Source: a virus (lineage: Duplodnaviria > Caudoviricetes). Taken from it: a DNA stretch of 56,984 nt. The notes under the pieces are model-generated. The model was not told the origin of the DNA. It made no database searches and saw only the letters and a list, made by a program, of their open reading frames with translations. Below, piece after piece: positions 17,849 to 27,900 of the stretch. The translations under genes were made by a program, and so were the position numbers. Numbering within the stretch: position 1 is the stretch's first letter; every line of letters begins with the position of its first letter. The stretch is from IMG/VR virus record IMGVR_UViG_3300021057_000013, positions 1 through 56,984 of that record; one strand, written 5' to 3'.

Positions 17849-18004
17849 TCATTCGGGCAGGATGGTGACGAGGGCCAGGATCATGATCGTGGCCACGCCG
17901 AGAAACAGGGCATGGTTAGCCGGGCGGTGGTTGATCCTCTTGAAGAGGCCCAGAGCCAGAGGGCTGCAGATCAGAGCTGCTGCCGCCAGGGTTTTGGGAG
18001 ACAT
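17849..18004 (-). CDS. Possible 51-aa membrane peptide MSPKTLAAAALICSPLALGLFKR...ILALVTILPE
   Basis: Open frame filling the gap, two hydrophobic segments; overlaps the holin tail. Confidence 0.4.
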   Translation of the reverse strand: MSPKTLAAAALICSPLALGLFKRINHRPANHALFLGVATIMILALVTILPE

Positions 18005-18305
18005 AGGCGTTAAGCCGTCCTTTCGCTTTGGTTTCGAGATAGCGCATGGTTTCGCCCAGGCCGATCCAGCCGATCAGGGCCGCGCCGACGAAGACATAGC
18101 CGCGGCTCAGGTTCGGATTCAGGATGTCGCGCAGCAGCGGCGGCAGCAGGCCGCCGGCCGCTCCCATGAAGCCATTGGCCAGCAGCAGCCAGCCCAGCGC
18201 ACGGCCGCGGGCGCCGGCCGCCAGGTTGTCGCTGAAGGTCCGGGCCAGGCTGAAGAAGATGGCGATCCCCACACAGAGCAGCAGCTCGAGCAGGGCCGGG
18301 CTCAT
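17916..18305 (-). CDS. Holin-like membrane protein
   Basis: Three hydrophobic segments, AALIGWIG motif, ATGA coupling. Confidence 0.65.
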   Translation of the reverse strand: MSPALLELLLCVGIAIFFSLARTFSDNLAAGARGRALGWLLLANGFMGAAGGLLPPLLRDILNPNLSRGYVFVGAALIGWIGLGETMRYLETKAKGRLNAYVSQNPGGSSSDLQPSGSGPLQEDQPPPG

Positions 18306-18739
18306 GGCGCGCCGCCGGGAGGGCGCCCAGGCTGAGTGCTCGCGCGCACGGGGCTGATCGCCGGTGGCGGGCTCGGCGTGCGGCCGGGCGTCGAGGGCGC
18401 GGGGTTGAAGGCCCCGCCGACGGAAATCGGCTTGCTGGTTTCGAACCAGAGGCCGACATTGAAGGCCTTCAGGCAGCCGTCGATCATGCCTGGCAGCAGG
18501 CAGGTTTTGACGTACCGGGTGATCTCGGGATCGACCAGAACGGAATTGACAAGGGCGTAGCTGGCCAGAGCAAACTCCAGCGCCTCTTTTTTGCGGATGT
18601 CCGGCGGGGCCTGGCTCAGCTCGGACTGGGCCCATTGCACGGCCTCGGTCGCAGCGATCCAAAGCAGGCCCATCCGGGCCGGGGTCAGGAAGCGGGCGGC
18701 GGCTGCCGGCACGGCGGCGCTGACAAAGTTCAAAGCCAT
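18302..18739 (-). CDS. Lysis-region protein (holin-like or accessory)
   Basis: EAVQWAQ...KKEALEFA resembles LL-H-type holin tails; Pro-rich C-terminus. Confidence 0.5.
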   Translation of the reverse strand: MALNFVSAAVPAAAARFLTPARMGLLWIAATEAVQWAQSELSQAPPDIRKKEALEFALASYALVNSVLVDPEITRYVKTCLLPGMIDGCLKAFNVGLWFETSKPISVGGAFNPAPSTPGRTPSPPPAISPVRASTQPGRPPGGAP

Positions 18740-18775
18740 AGTGTACTTTCTCTCTTTCGATAGCAATCTCAGGGC

Positions 18776-19576
18776 TCAGATGCGGACCCAGGCCGAGCCA
18801 TTCCATTCCTGCTGCTCATAGGTGGTGGCATGCACGCAGCGCCAGCGCCAGCTCGTGCCGATCCAGACCTGGAACCAGACCCAGTCGGCCTTGGGCTCGA
18901 GGCTGGCGACCCAGCAGCCTTTCAGGCTGGCTGTCAGCCAGTACAGGCAGCGCACGAGGCTTCGCAGCTCGGGGCGCGGCGTGAAGGCCTTGCCATCGGA
19001 AAAGGTGCCGCGGGTCTCGTCGTCGCCGCAGATCGCGCGGTAGGTTTCCGCGGCGTCCTCGTACTCGTTGGCGGTCTGCTGCGGGCGCAGCAGGCGAAAG
19101 GCCGCCGTGGCGCGCCGCGAAACATCGTCATCGGCGGCATGGCCGTAGCGGCAGCGGCCGAAGTAGTAGTGCCCGGCCTCGTGCGCGAGCACCTTGCGGG
19201 CGGCCTGGCAATGGGCCAGGCTGACGGCGCGCTCGGGGCCGGTGTGGACGCCCGCGGTCCAGCCCGGCGGAAACACGCCGATCCAGATCCAGTTCAGCGC
19301 CTGCAGGCCGGCGGCGACCTGGGCGCCGGGCGTGGCCGGATCGTAATCCTCGAGGCAGGGCCGGCGCTCGGCGACGAAGCGATCGAGCTGCGGGTGATCC
19401 ATGTGGCAGACGTTCAGCTCAAGCGGCTCCCAGAGGCCAGGAAAGGGCAGTTGGGCATAGAGCTGATGCAGGGATGTTTGCCAAAAGGCCGGCGGCTGCA
19501 GGGTGTCTGCGGCGCTGATCGGCCAGCGGATCAGGGTCACGCCGTAGGCCAGGGCGGTGGTGACGGGCTGGGTCAT
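18776..19576 (-). CDS. Zincin-like metallopeptidase candidate
   Basis: VLAHEAGH plus downstream EDAAE; start MTQPVTT. Confidence 0.6.
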   Translation of the reverse strand: MTQPVTTALAYGVTLIRWPISAADTLQPPAFWQTSLHQLYAQLPFPGLWEPLELNVCHMDHPQLDRFVAERRPCLEDYDPATPGAQVAAGLQALNWIWIGVFPPGWTAGVHTGPERAVSLAHCQAARKVLAHEAGHYYFGRCRYGHAADDDVSRRATAAFRLLRPQQTANEYEDAAETYRAICGDDETRGTFSDGKAFTPRPELRSLVRCLYWLTASLKGCWVASLEPKADWVWFQVWIGTSWRWRCVHATTYEQQEWNGSAWVRI

Positions 19577-19580
19577 AGCC

Positions 19581-20690
19581 TCAGCCCTCGACCCAGTAGA
19601 CGACGCAGAGGCCGGCGCCGGAGGTGCCGCCCGTGCTGCCGCCGGTGGTGTTGCCGCCCGCGCCGCCGCCGCCGTAGGTGCCCGCTGTCGGCGTGCCGCT
19701 GGTGCCGGTGTTGTCGCCGGCCCCGCCGCCGCCGCCGTAGGTGCCGGCCAGCGCCCGGGTGTTGGTGCTGCTGTGCGCGCCCTGGCCGTAGCCGTCAAGC
19801 GTCAGGCCCGGCCCGCCGTCGCGGCCGGTACCGGCCACAGCACTGTCGCCCCCGTCGCCGCCCTTTTGGCCGGCGGTAATGGCCTGCCAGGCCGCGTTTT
19901 GAATATCCACGTCCGTCATGGCTGCCCGGCCGCCGTTGGTCGTGCTGCCGCCACCGGCGCCGCCGAGGCCCGTGCTGCCCGCCCCGCCGGCGGCGCCGCC
20001 CGCGGCGCTCAAATGCGCGCCAAAGCTGCTGGTGTTGCCGGCCGTGCCTGGGTTCGAGCCCGCGCCGCCGGTGCCGCCAGCCGCCGCTGCGCCGCAGGTG
20101 ACGGTTTCGGTCGCGCCCATGCTGCCGGCGGTCAGGATGCCGGTCTTGGCTTCGCCGCCGCCGCCGCCCCCGCCGGATTCGGTGGTGGCTGAGGTATCGC
20201 CGCCGCCCCCGCCGGCCCCGCCGCCGATCAGGGCGACCGAGATCGCATGCAGCGTGGCGGGTTTCGTCCACGTGCCGGAACTGGTAAACACCTGGCGCTT
20301 GAGCTTGCTCCCGCTGGCATTGACCTGGCTTTTGAGCCGGGCATAGGCCGCTGCGTGCTCAAGCCACCAGCGCGAGCGGTTGGTGTCGTTCAGAATCGTG
20401 CCCAGCAGGGCCGCGCCGTCGCGGCAGAGCCGCTCGGTTCCGAGCGTGCTGCCGGCGAGTGCGCGCAGAGCCGTCTCAGAATTGCTGACCTCGGTTTGCG
20501 CCAGGGCCGCGCCCAGGATCGCATTGGCCGAGGTCGCATTGGCAAAGAGCTGATCGCAGGCGGCGCGATTGTTCAGCAGCTCGCGCAGGGCCGCGAGCGT
20601 GCTCGCCGTCCCGAGCGCCGTCTGAAGCGAAGCGGCGTTGTAGCTGCCCTGGAGCAGGCTGTTTTTGAGTGTGAGCGAGGTAATCGTCAT
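19581..20690 (-). CDS. Glycine-rich tail protein
   Basis: QVFTSSGTWTKP...IGGGAGGGG...YGGGGGAG...SGAGLCVVY. Confidence 0.8.
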   Translation of the reverse strand: MTITSLTLKNSLLQGSYNAASLQTALGTASTLAALRELLNNRAACDQLFANATSANAILGAALAQTEVSNSETALRALAGSTLGTERLCRDGAALLGTILNDTNRSRWWLEHAAAYARLKSQVNASGSKLKRQVFTSSGTWTKPATLHAISVALIGGGAGGGGGDTSATTESGGGGGGGEAKTGILTAGSMGATETVTCGAAAAGGTGGAGSNPGTAGNTSSFGAHLSAAGGAAGGAGSTGLGGAGGGSTTNGGRAAMTDVDIQNAAWQAITAGQKGGDGGDSAVAGTGRDGGPGLTLDGYGQGAHSSTNTRALAGTYGGGGGAGDNTGTSGTPTAGTYGGGGAGGNTTGGSTGGTSGAGLCVVYWVEG

Positions 20691-21553
20691 TCAACAGGCC
20701 TTTCGAGTTTGATGGTGAAGCGCAGCAGGCCGGGCGTGATGGCGCCGCCGGATGTGTTGCGCAGGCGCACGATGATCGCCCCGGCGCTGATCCAGGCGCC
20801 GACCTGGGCCAGGCCGGCGAGCAGGGGCGCGGGCGTGACGGTCAGGGCATCGGTGCCGCGCAGATCCGGGATCAGGGTGGGCGCAGGCGTCAGCACGATC
20901 TCGAGATCAGTCGAAGCCGCCAGGCTGCTGGAGGCAACAGCGGTCATCTGGAAAATCCAGGTGCTGGTCCGCACCGCGCCGGCGGGCAGCGCCGTCAGCG
21001 TATCGATCTCGGCCTGCAGTTCCTCGATCTGGTTGAGCAGCGCGCCGGCATGGGCCTGGATCAGCTCCTCGGCGGCCTCGGTGCCGAGCACCTCGAGCAG
21101 GTGCTCGTTGGTGCTGCCGGCAGCGTCGAGCGTGTACTTGCCGTCGGGCGTGATCCCTGTGGCGCTGGAGAGCCGGTAAATGCCCAGGCCGGGCACATGG
21201 ATTTTGACGCCCGCCGGCAGGTAGGTCATGTCGCCGCCAGCCGCCTCGTCGCCGGTCAGAGCGTTGTAAACGCCGAGTTTTTGGGTATCCGAGATCGTGA
21301 TCAGCTCGCGGGTGTTGCGGACCTCGCCGGGCACATCGGGCGCAGCGCTCAGCGCCGAAACCAGCGTGATCTGATTGCCGGCGATGCTGCTGATCTTGCC
21401 GCGCTCGAGCGTGCCGCCGACCTCGATATTGAGCCACTGGCCCGCGACCAAATTGGTCGCCGAGGACACCGTAAAGGTCGTGCTCGTCGGCGCCGGGCTG
21501 GCGCTGACCGTGAGGATTTCCGGGGCGATGCCCGGGATGTGATCGAGCGCCAT
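20687..21553 (-). CDS. Tail structural protein
   Basis: Coupled in the tail module; beta-rich N-terminus. Confidence 0.65.
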   Translation of the reverse strand: MALDHIPGIAPEILTVSASPAPTSTTFTVSSATNLVAGQWLNIEVGGTLERGKISSIAGNQITLVSALSAAPDVPGEVRNTRELITISDTQKLGVYNALTGDEAAGGDMTYLPAGVKIHVPGLGIYRLSSATGITPDGKYTLDAAGSTNEHLLEVLGTEAAEELIQAHAGALLNQIEELQAEIDTLTALPAGAVRTSTWIFQMTAVASSSLAASTDLEIVLTPAPTLIPDLRGTDALTVTPAPLLAGLAQVGAWISAGAIIVRLRNTSGGAITPGLLRFTIKLERPVE

Positions 21554-22416
21554 CAGTCCAGGCTCGCGCAGGCCAGAATGTAATCATAGAGGAGCGAGAT
21601 CGAGGAATCCTTGAGCTGCTCGATCCGCTTGCGGTTCATCATGGTGCCGGTGTTGGCGCTGCTGGTCGTCGCCCCGCCGAGGAAGCAGGCGGCTTCCGAG
21701 TGCAGGGCCTTGACCGTATCGCCGCTTTGGGGGATATCGCCGGCATCGAAGGCCCCGGCCCCGCTCAGGGAGCCGCCCGTGATATCGGTGACAGTCAGAT
21801 CCGCGCCGGAGATGGCGCTGACGGTGCAGTTGTAGGTGTTGTTCGCCGTTTCGACCTGGATCCGGCCGTCGACCACGAAGCCGGTGGCGCTGGCGACGGT
21901 GATCACGGTGGTGGTGCTGCTGCTGACGGTGGTGTTGCCGGTGGGATTGCCCTCGGTCTTTTTGAGGTAGGTCGTGGCATAGAAGGTGCTGACCCCGTCC
22001 TCGTACAGCTCAGCGGGCGTGGCCCGGTAAATCTCGTTCCCGAGGGTGGTGTCGGCAAAGAGCGTCGCATCGTACTTGGTGCCGACGGCGAACTTTTCGA
22101 TAAAGAGCGTCTGATTGGCCCCGGGCGTGGTCTGCGCGCCCTTCAGCCGGGCGAAAAACTCGGTGTAGAAGCCGCGCACCAGCTTGTTTTCGCCGCCTTG
22201 GCGGCCCAGGATCCGGGTGTGGCGTACCTCGCCGCGGCGGATCGCGGCCATCACCTCATGGATCGGCGCGTCCCAGTAGCGGCGCTCCTGGTAGCAGAGC
22301 TGCCGGCGCAGGGCCTCGAGGCTGTCGAGCTCATCGGGCACGGCCAGGGCCACGCAGTGAATCTGGCTGCTGAAGCAGGGCGCTTCGCGCAGGGGCGGGG
22401 GGATCAGATGGGTCAT
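21553..22416 (-). CDS. Tail/baseplate-region protein
   Basis: AVGT...DTTLGNEIYR and SEAACF motifs typical of distal tail proteins. Confidence 0.65.
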   Translation of the reverse strand: MTHLIPPPLREAPCFSSQIHCVALAVPDELDSLEALRRQLCYQERRYWDAPIHEVMAAIRRGEVRHTRILGRQGGENKLVRGFYTEFFARLKGAQTTPGANQTLFIEKFAVGTKYDATLFADTTLGNEIYRATPAELYEDGVSTFYATTYLKKTEGNPTGNTTVSSSTTTVITVASATGFVVDGRIQVETANNTYNCTVSAISGADLTVTDITGGSLSGAGAFDAGDIPQSGDTVKALHSEAACFLGGATTSSANTGTMMNRKRIEQLKDSSISLLYDYILACASLD

Positions 22417-22425
22417 AGCAGCTCC

Positions 22426-24141
22426 TCAATCGGCGTAAAAGGCGTAATCAATCTCGTTCAGGTAATAATCCTGCTCGTAATAGGCCAGCGGATCGCCGGT
22501 CTCGGTGCGGACCTGGATCGCATCCGGCAGGCTCAGATCGTCCTCGATCGCAGTGGGCAAAATCACATGCAGGCAGTCCTTGAGCGCGAAGGTCTCCGGG
22601 ATCCGGCGGTAGTCCTCGACGTCGACCTGCTCCAAATCGACCTTGACCTGCTGCTGCGCCTGCATCGCCTTGCGCAGCTGGGCCTGAAACTTGGTCAGCG
22701 TCGCCGTCCAGGTCAGGGTGATATTGCATTTGGGATGGGCCTGGCCATACGGGTTCTCGTGCGCGGCCACTTCGCCGCCGAGATCCGTGATCTGCACGGT
22801 TTGCACGATCACGTCCCCAACAAAGCGCTTGGAAGTCGGCAGATTGAAGCTCAGCACCATGCCGGCGAGCAGGGGCTGAAAGGGCCAGGCCCAGGTGTCC
22901 GTATCGCCCGATCCCTGCGGCAGGGGCCGCGACAGCGTCAGCAGGCCCAGGGCGCGCTGGCGGGCCTCGGCGAAGGTGAAGGCGTTGCCATCGTCGGTCA
23001 TGACGATGTTGAAAATGCCTGAGCCCCGGCCCAGCGCCCGCATCATGCCGATCGATTCGGCATCTGAGGCGAAGACCCGCCGCCGCCGGCCGCGCAGCTC
23101 GTAGGCCTGGTTGGTCGCCGTCGCTTCGGCAAAGGCCGAGCTGAGCCTGAGCTCTTGCGTCGCGCCGCTGCTGAGGTTCTTTTCGACCCGGTAGATCGCC
23201 GAGCTCGCGCTGAGCTTGAAGCTCAGATCGCCGGGCAGGCCGTCCCAATCGGTTTCCGGGCTTGCGCCATGGCCGACGACGATGTTGCTGGTCTGGCTGA
23301 CATTGACGGTGCCCTTGGTGTATTTTTCGTTGAACCAGAACTCGACCTGGTTGTGGATCGCGTCGTTCTGGCGCCGGATGCTGAAGGTTTCGAAATCGAA
23401 GTACTCGTACTTGTTGGCCTCGGTGATCTGGACCGGGAAGCGGATCGCGCCGTCGTCGCGGCTGAGCAGCTTGACCTTCTTCGTGGCCGGTTCGATGATC
23501 CAGGTCGTGCCGGTGAGCTCCATGATCTGCTGCAGCACCTGCGCCGGGGTCTTGGCCGCGATCGGGAAAGATTCCTCCGTGTAGCCCAGGGCGGGATCGA
23601 TATCCGAGCCATCCAGCGTGGTGTACCGATTGATGACATCCCTGAGGATGAAGCCCAGGGTTTTGTTCTGGTAGACCTTGTTGACCGAGCCGTTCTCGCC
23701 GCCGCGCTCGAGCTCGTGAAAGAGATCCGTGCAGGTGATCGTGTAGGTCGCGGCCTCGGTGCCATCGGCCCGGGCCTGCAGGTAGGTCTGCAGGATGTCC
23801 CGGGTGTAGCCGGCGAAGTACAGATAGTCCTGATCCCGGTTCCAGATCTCGATGTACTGCTCCTCGACCGGGATGAACGGCAGGATCGTGGCGTCCTCGT
23901 CGTAATCCGCGATCACAAAGCGGGCCTGGCCGCGCTCGCCAAAGGGCAGGGTGATCGCCATAGAGCAGCTGGCGTAGAAGTGGCTGAACTCGTAGCCGGT
24001 GCCCTCATGGAAGATCAGGATCGACCAGGCGCAGGGCGGGCCATCCGGCTCGACATAGCCGGGAGTGAGAAAATCGGCCTGGCTGGCAGGGTTGTTCAGG
24101 GCCGAGTACAGTTGATTCAGATCGATCGAGCAGCTGCTCAC
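22426..24141 (-). CDS. Tail tip/hub-like protein
   Basis: GTG start with SD GGAGG; YQNKTLGFILRDVI; lies downstream of the tape measure gene. Confidence 0.65.
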   Translation of the reverse strand: MSSCSIDLNQLYSALNNPASQADFLTPGYVEPDGPPCAWSILIFHEGTGYEFSHFYASCSMAITLPFGERGQARFVIADYDEDATILPFIPVEEQYIEIWNRDQDYLYFAGYTRDILQTYLQARADGTEAATYTITCTDLFHELERGGENGSVNKVYQNKTLGFILRDVINRYTTLDGSDIDPALGYTEESFPIAAKTPAQVLQQIMELTGTTWIIEPATKKVKLLSRDDGAIRFPVQITEANKYEYFDFETFSIRRQNDAIHNQVEFWFNEKYTKGTVNVSQTSNIVVGHGASPETDWDGLPGDLSFKLSASSAIYRVEKNLSSGATQELRLSSAFAEATATNQAYELRGRRRRVFASDAESIGMMRALGRGSGIFNIVMTDDGNAFTFAEARQRALGLLTLSRPLPQGSGDTDTWAWPFQPLLAGMVLSFNLPTSKRFVGDVIVQTVQITDLGGEVAAHENPYGQAHPKCNITLTWTATLTKFQAQLRKAMQAQQQVKVDLEQVDVEDYRRIPETFALKDCLHVILPTAIEDDLSLPDAIQVRTETGDPLAYYEQDYYLNEIDYAFYAD

Positions 24142-24162
24142 GGGGCCTCCCAAAGCCGCAAG

Positions 24163-24374
24163 GCATCGGGCCGGCGGGGAGGGTGCAAACCCGCCGGCCC
24201 GATGCACCGGGCTGTCTTGATAAAGAAAGCCCCCGGCCAGGTACAGGCAGAGGGCAAAGGCAACCGCGATCCTCAGGATCGCGGGCGTGACGAAAAAGAC
24301 CGCTTGGGATATCCCAAGCGGTCCTGCTTGCTGAAGAAGTGGATCCTGCGCGCCAAAGGAGCGTATCTGATACG
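24163..24374 (-). other. Noncoding cluster of five hairpins/palindromes
   Basis: Stems at 24163-24205 (16 bp), 24207-24236, 24264-24284, 24298-24323 and 24362-24374. Confidence 0.75.
24292..24323 (-). terminator. Intrinsic terminator about 60-90 nt downstream of late promoter 2
   Basis: Perfect 26-bp palindrome GACCGCTTGGGATATCCCAAGCGGTC followed by TTTTT on the - strand. Confidence 0.7.
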
Positions 24375-24381
24375 GGCCAGC

Positions 24382-24471
24382 CTATCTTGACTGTACCACG
24401 GTAGCCGGCCCTCTCAAGCGCGGCAGGCGAAGTTTTGAGACGCTCTCTCAATCGTTTGAGCAGGCTCTCAA
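24382..24471 (-). promoter_or_regulatory. Putative late promoter 2 with upstream TTGAG...CTCAA boxes
   Basis: TTGAGA-16 bp-TACAGT-CAAGATAG with extended TG; boxes at 24435-24451 and 24456-24471; matches 48252-48353. Confidence 0.75.
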
Positions 24472-24483
24472 GGCGGCAGCGCT

Positions 24484-24506
24484 AAAGGTGAAATAGTTTC
24501 ACCTTT
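24484..24506. promoter_or_regulatory. 23-bp palindrome AAAGGTGAAAT-A-GTTTCACCTTT (copy 2)
   Basis: One arm mismatch relative to copy 1. Confidence 0.8.
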
Positions 24507-24578
24507 GCCAGGCGCTCGAGAGAGGAGGAGAGAGGAGGCGGATCTGGTATTTTGTCACCGGGCACGGGCCGGGAGCGA

Positions 24579-24587
24579 TGGTATAAT
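24579..24587 (+). promoter_or_regulatory. Extended -10 promoter of the moron lipoprotein
   Basis: TGgTATAAT 28 nt before the ATG. Confidence 0.65.
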
Positions 24588-24615
24588 CAGGCCATCTTCT
24601 ACCGGAGGAGTGGTC

Positions 24616-24978
24616 ATGAAACGAGTTGTGGTTGCTGTGTTGCTGCTGGCGGGATGCCATTACAAGAAATCGCCCGAAGAGATCCAGAAGGAACAAGAGG
24701 CTTTAGAGCGTTGGAACAGGGCTGTTGCAGCAGTGCAGGTTACCAAGGATGAACCAAAGGGCTGTGGGTATCTCAAAGCCATCCAGGCGATTGGTTTGAA
24801 CAAACAAAATCCGTTCATTCCTGGCAATTACGAGCAGGCACTAGCCGATCTTCGCGTCCAAGCCGTAACAAATGGTGCAAACACAGCAGTCATTGATGAC
24901 ATCACCCCATCTCAAGGCGGTCAAACTGGAGATTTCAGGTTCATTATCAACAGCCGGCTATACCGCTGTCCAAGTTAG
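24616..24978 (+). CDS. Moron lipoprotein (DUF4156-like)
   Basis: MKRVVVAVLLLAGC lipobox; PKGC...ALADLR.QA...GAN...YRCP; opposite strand, lower GC, SD GGAGG. Confidence 0.75.
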   Translation: MKRVVVAVLLLAGCHYKKSPEEIQKEQEALERWNRAVAAVQVTKDEPKGCGYLKAIQAIGLNKQNPFIPGNYEQALADLRVQAVTNGANTAVIDDITPSQGGQTGDFRFIINSRLYRCPS

Positions 24979-24984
24979 GCTGTT

Positions 24985-27900
24985 TTAGTTCAGATAATTG
25001 GCCCCATTGATGCGAGCGCCACTATACTCTGACTCGCTCAGAGCCTTACGGAACTCTCGGCGAACGGCTTCGATATCGCCGCCATGAACATGGACATGCA
25101 CATCTCCCCGGCTTTGGTTGTGGATGGTTCGTGGGCCGCCCATGTTCATCCGGTAACTTTGCTCAAGCAGATTTGCGAACCATGCCGGGAATACCGGCTC
25201 GCCACTGTTGAGCATTGCTGGGAAGGTATCGTTCGGGAAACCGGGCGGGACGACGCCACCGGTTGCCATCTTCTTGCCCAAACCCCAGAGCTCTGATGTG
25301 GTCGCATACCGCTTGCCATCGTGGCCTGCGGCATAGTCCAGGCCAATCTGAGCGACATTTGGGACCCCGGCATTGAAAGCGTCTTTGATAGCCTTCTTGG
25401 CTTTTTGGTAGAGGCTGATGATATCGTTCAGCGGGCCCTCAATCCCCTCCTTAAGCGCCTGGGCCGATCCCGCCCAGGCCGATTGACTGTCCATTACCGA
25501 CGCGATCCGCTCATCAATCTGGCTTAGCTGCGCCTGATAACGGCTGCTCAGGTCATCCAGTGCTTCCTGGTGAGTGGCGATGGAGCTGCGGATATTGTCG
25601 GCCGCCCGGCTGTTGGCGTCGATCTGCTCCTGCAGGATGGCAATTTCCTGATCCTTGGCATTGTTCAGCGATTCAATATGAGCCTGCTTGAAATCACTGT
25701 AGGCCGCATTCATCTGGGCCTCGAGCTCCAGACGCTGCCGATTGGTCAGGTCCGTCCGCTTCAGCTCTTCCTCAACAAACCGGGCTTCAATAGCATCGAT
25801 GCGCTTCCGCTCAGTCAGATAGGCCGCCTTGTTCTTGGCGGGATTGGCGGGATCGTACTGCTCAAGCCCCAGCTTGTTCTCGTTCTGCAGGCGCAGCAGA
25901 TCTAGCCGCTCCTTCATCGCCTCCAGATGGCTCTGGCCGCTGTAAGTGCCCGTAGGCACGCCATCGGGGTTGTGAATGTCTTTCAGACCTTGGCGCAACT
26001 CAGCATCAAAATCAACCTGCTTGACCAGTTTGGCAAATTCCCCGAGATCCTGGCCCTCGAAGTCCGCCAGATCCTTTTTGCGCTCATCTTCCTTAAGCCG
26101 GATCCGGTCCTCAATCAGCTTGTTTGCCTTCTCCAACCCCTTGATCCGCTGTTCGTCCAGCTTGATCAGCTCACGGATGTCCTGGGCCTCTTCCTCATAG
26201 AGATCGCCAGCCGCCTTTTTCAGGGCTTCAATCTGCGCTTTGAACTGGTCCTCGCGGGCCTTGAGGTCTTTTTCAAAGTTGGCCCGGTCTTTTTCGCGGG
26301 CTTCCTGATTGGCCTTGGCCAGAGCCTCAGTGATGCGCTTGCGGAAGCCGGGCATCAGCTTCTCAAGCCGTTCGGTCCATTCCTTCCAGCCGGCTTCGCC
26401 AGCCAAGCCGCCACTGCCTTTGAACGCCTCATCAACATCATGCATAACAGCCTGATACTCCGAAGCAACCGATTCGGCCGCCGCACGAGCACGATCCCTT
26501 GCCTCGCCGCTGGCATCCTTGCCCACCACCGTATCGAGAAACTCCTCCGTCAAATCCTTGTGGCGGTCGTCGCGGGCCAACTCGCGGAAGTAATTGAGCA
26601 GGCTTTCCGTGCTCTCTTCAACCTTTGCTGTGCTTTTATCTGCCGCGTCAGCAGCGCCTTCCGTCAGAGAAAGCCAGTTGTTCTGAATATCGCGCTGCGC
26701 CTCAGACATCTGAAAGCGAATTTCTTTAAGGTCATTCAGAGCTTTCTCGCGCAGGGCCTTGATTTTCGCAGGGCTGTCCGAGGCGAGCTTGGGGTTGGCC
26801 AACTCTCTGGCAAAGCCTTCATTGATATTCCGCTCCGTTGCATCCAGATCCAACTCTCCATTTTCACCAACAACGGCATAGGCCAGGCTTTTCTGAAGAG
26901 GATCAATCAGCTCATCGCGAGCTTTGGTGCGTTGATGCACGAATAAGGCCTGTTTGGCAGGCTTGCTGTCCTTGCCTGCGCGCTCGCGGTCAATGACGGC
27001 CTGCTCCAGATAGGCTTCCTTCTGGTCACCAGACAGGCGCTTGGTTCGGAGCAGTTCATCATTGAAGGCCTGAGCCTGCTTTGTGCTTTCATGGATGAGG
27101 GCCGTCACGCCCGCAAACACGGAGCCAATGATCTGGACCCCTGCAGAGACGGCTTGAAAAGGACTTTTGCTAGCGACAGCTGCCACAAGGCCAGCAATGC
27201 CCGAGGTCAGACCGGCGGCGGCGTCCGTTACGCCAGCAAAGGCCTCGGCCGCTTCGCCGCCAAACTGGCGGAATGCTGCGCCCAGGCCTCCGATCGTGCC
27301 GACGATGTTGCCGATGGCATCCGCCAGCTCGCCGCCCCAAGCCTTAGCCCCTTCAATCCCGATGGCGACACCTTCGGAGACGGCCGGAGCAACCGCCTTG
27401 ATTTTCTCAAGGGCCTTGACCGCCGCATCGATACCCAGGCTCCAGTCCTTCATGGCATCGGCGCGACCCAAGGTATTCATGAGCTCAGACAGTTGATTCT
27501 CTGTCAGCCCTATCTGGGTGTTCAGGAAATCCAGATTGACCCGGCCGAGCTCGTCGGCCTGGACGCCCATGTCCTTGAGCTGTTGCGTGGAGTATCCCAG
27601 CAGCTGGCCCAAATGCTCGATATCGACGAAATCACCCTCAAGCGCCAGATTGAAGGACTCCAGCGCTTCGGCATTGCCCATGAGGGCCGCGACGAACTCG
27701 CGGCCTTTGTCGTTGGCGTCATCAAGCTTGTCGAGGTACTTGTCCAAATCATTGCCGGCCAGAGCAGTGGCCAATGAGGACAGCACGCCGGTGCCCAGAA
27801 CATTCTTTCGATCGCCCCAGCCCGGCAGGTCTTCAAAGGTGCCGCCAAGCTCCTTGAGCTGGAATTTGAGCCGGCCCACAGAATCAACCTGCTCATCGAT

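Noticed and set aside
24298-24323. Protelomerase (telRL) site
   Set aside because: Shorter and more GC-rich than known tel sites, followed by a U tract, and no protelomerase gene in view
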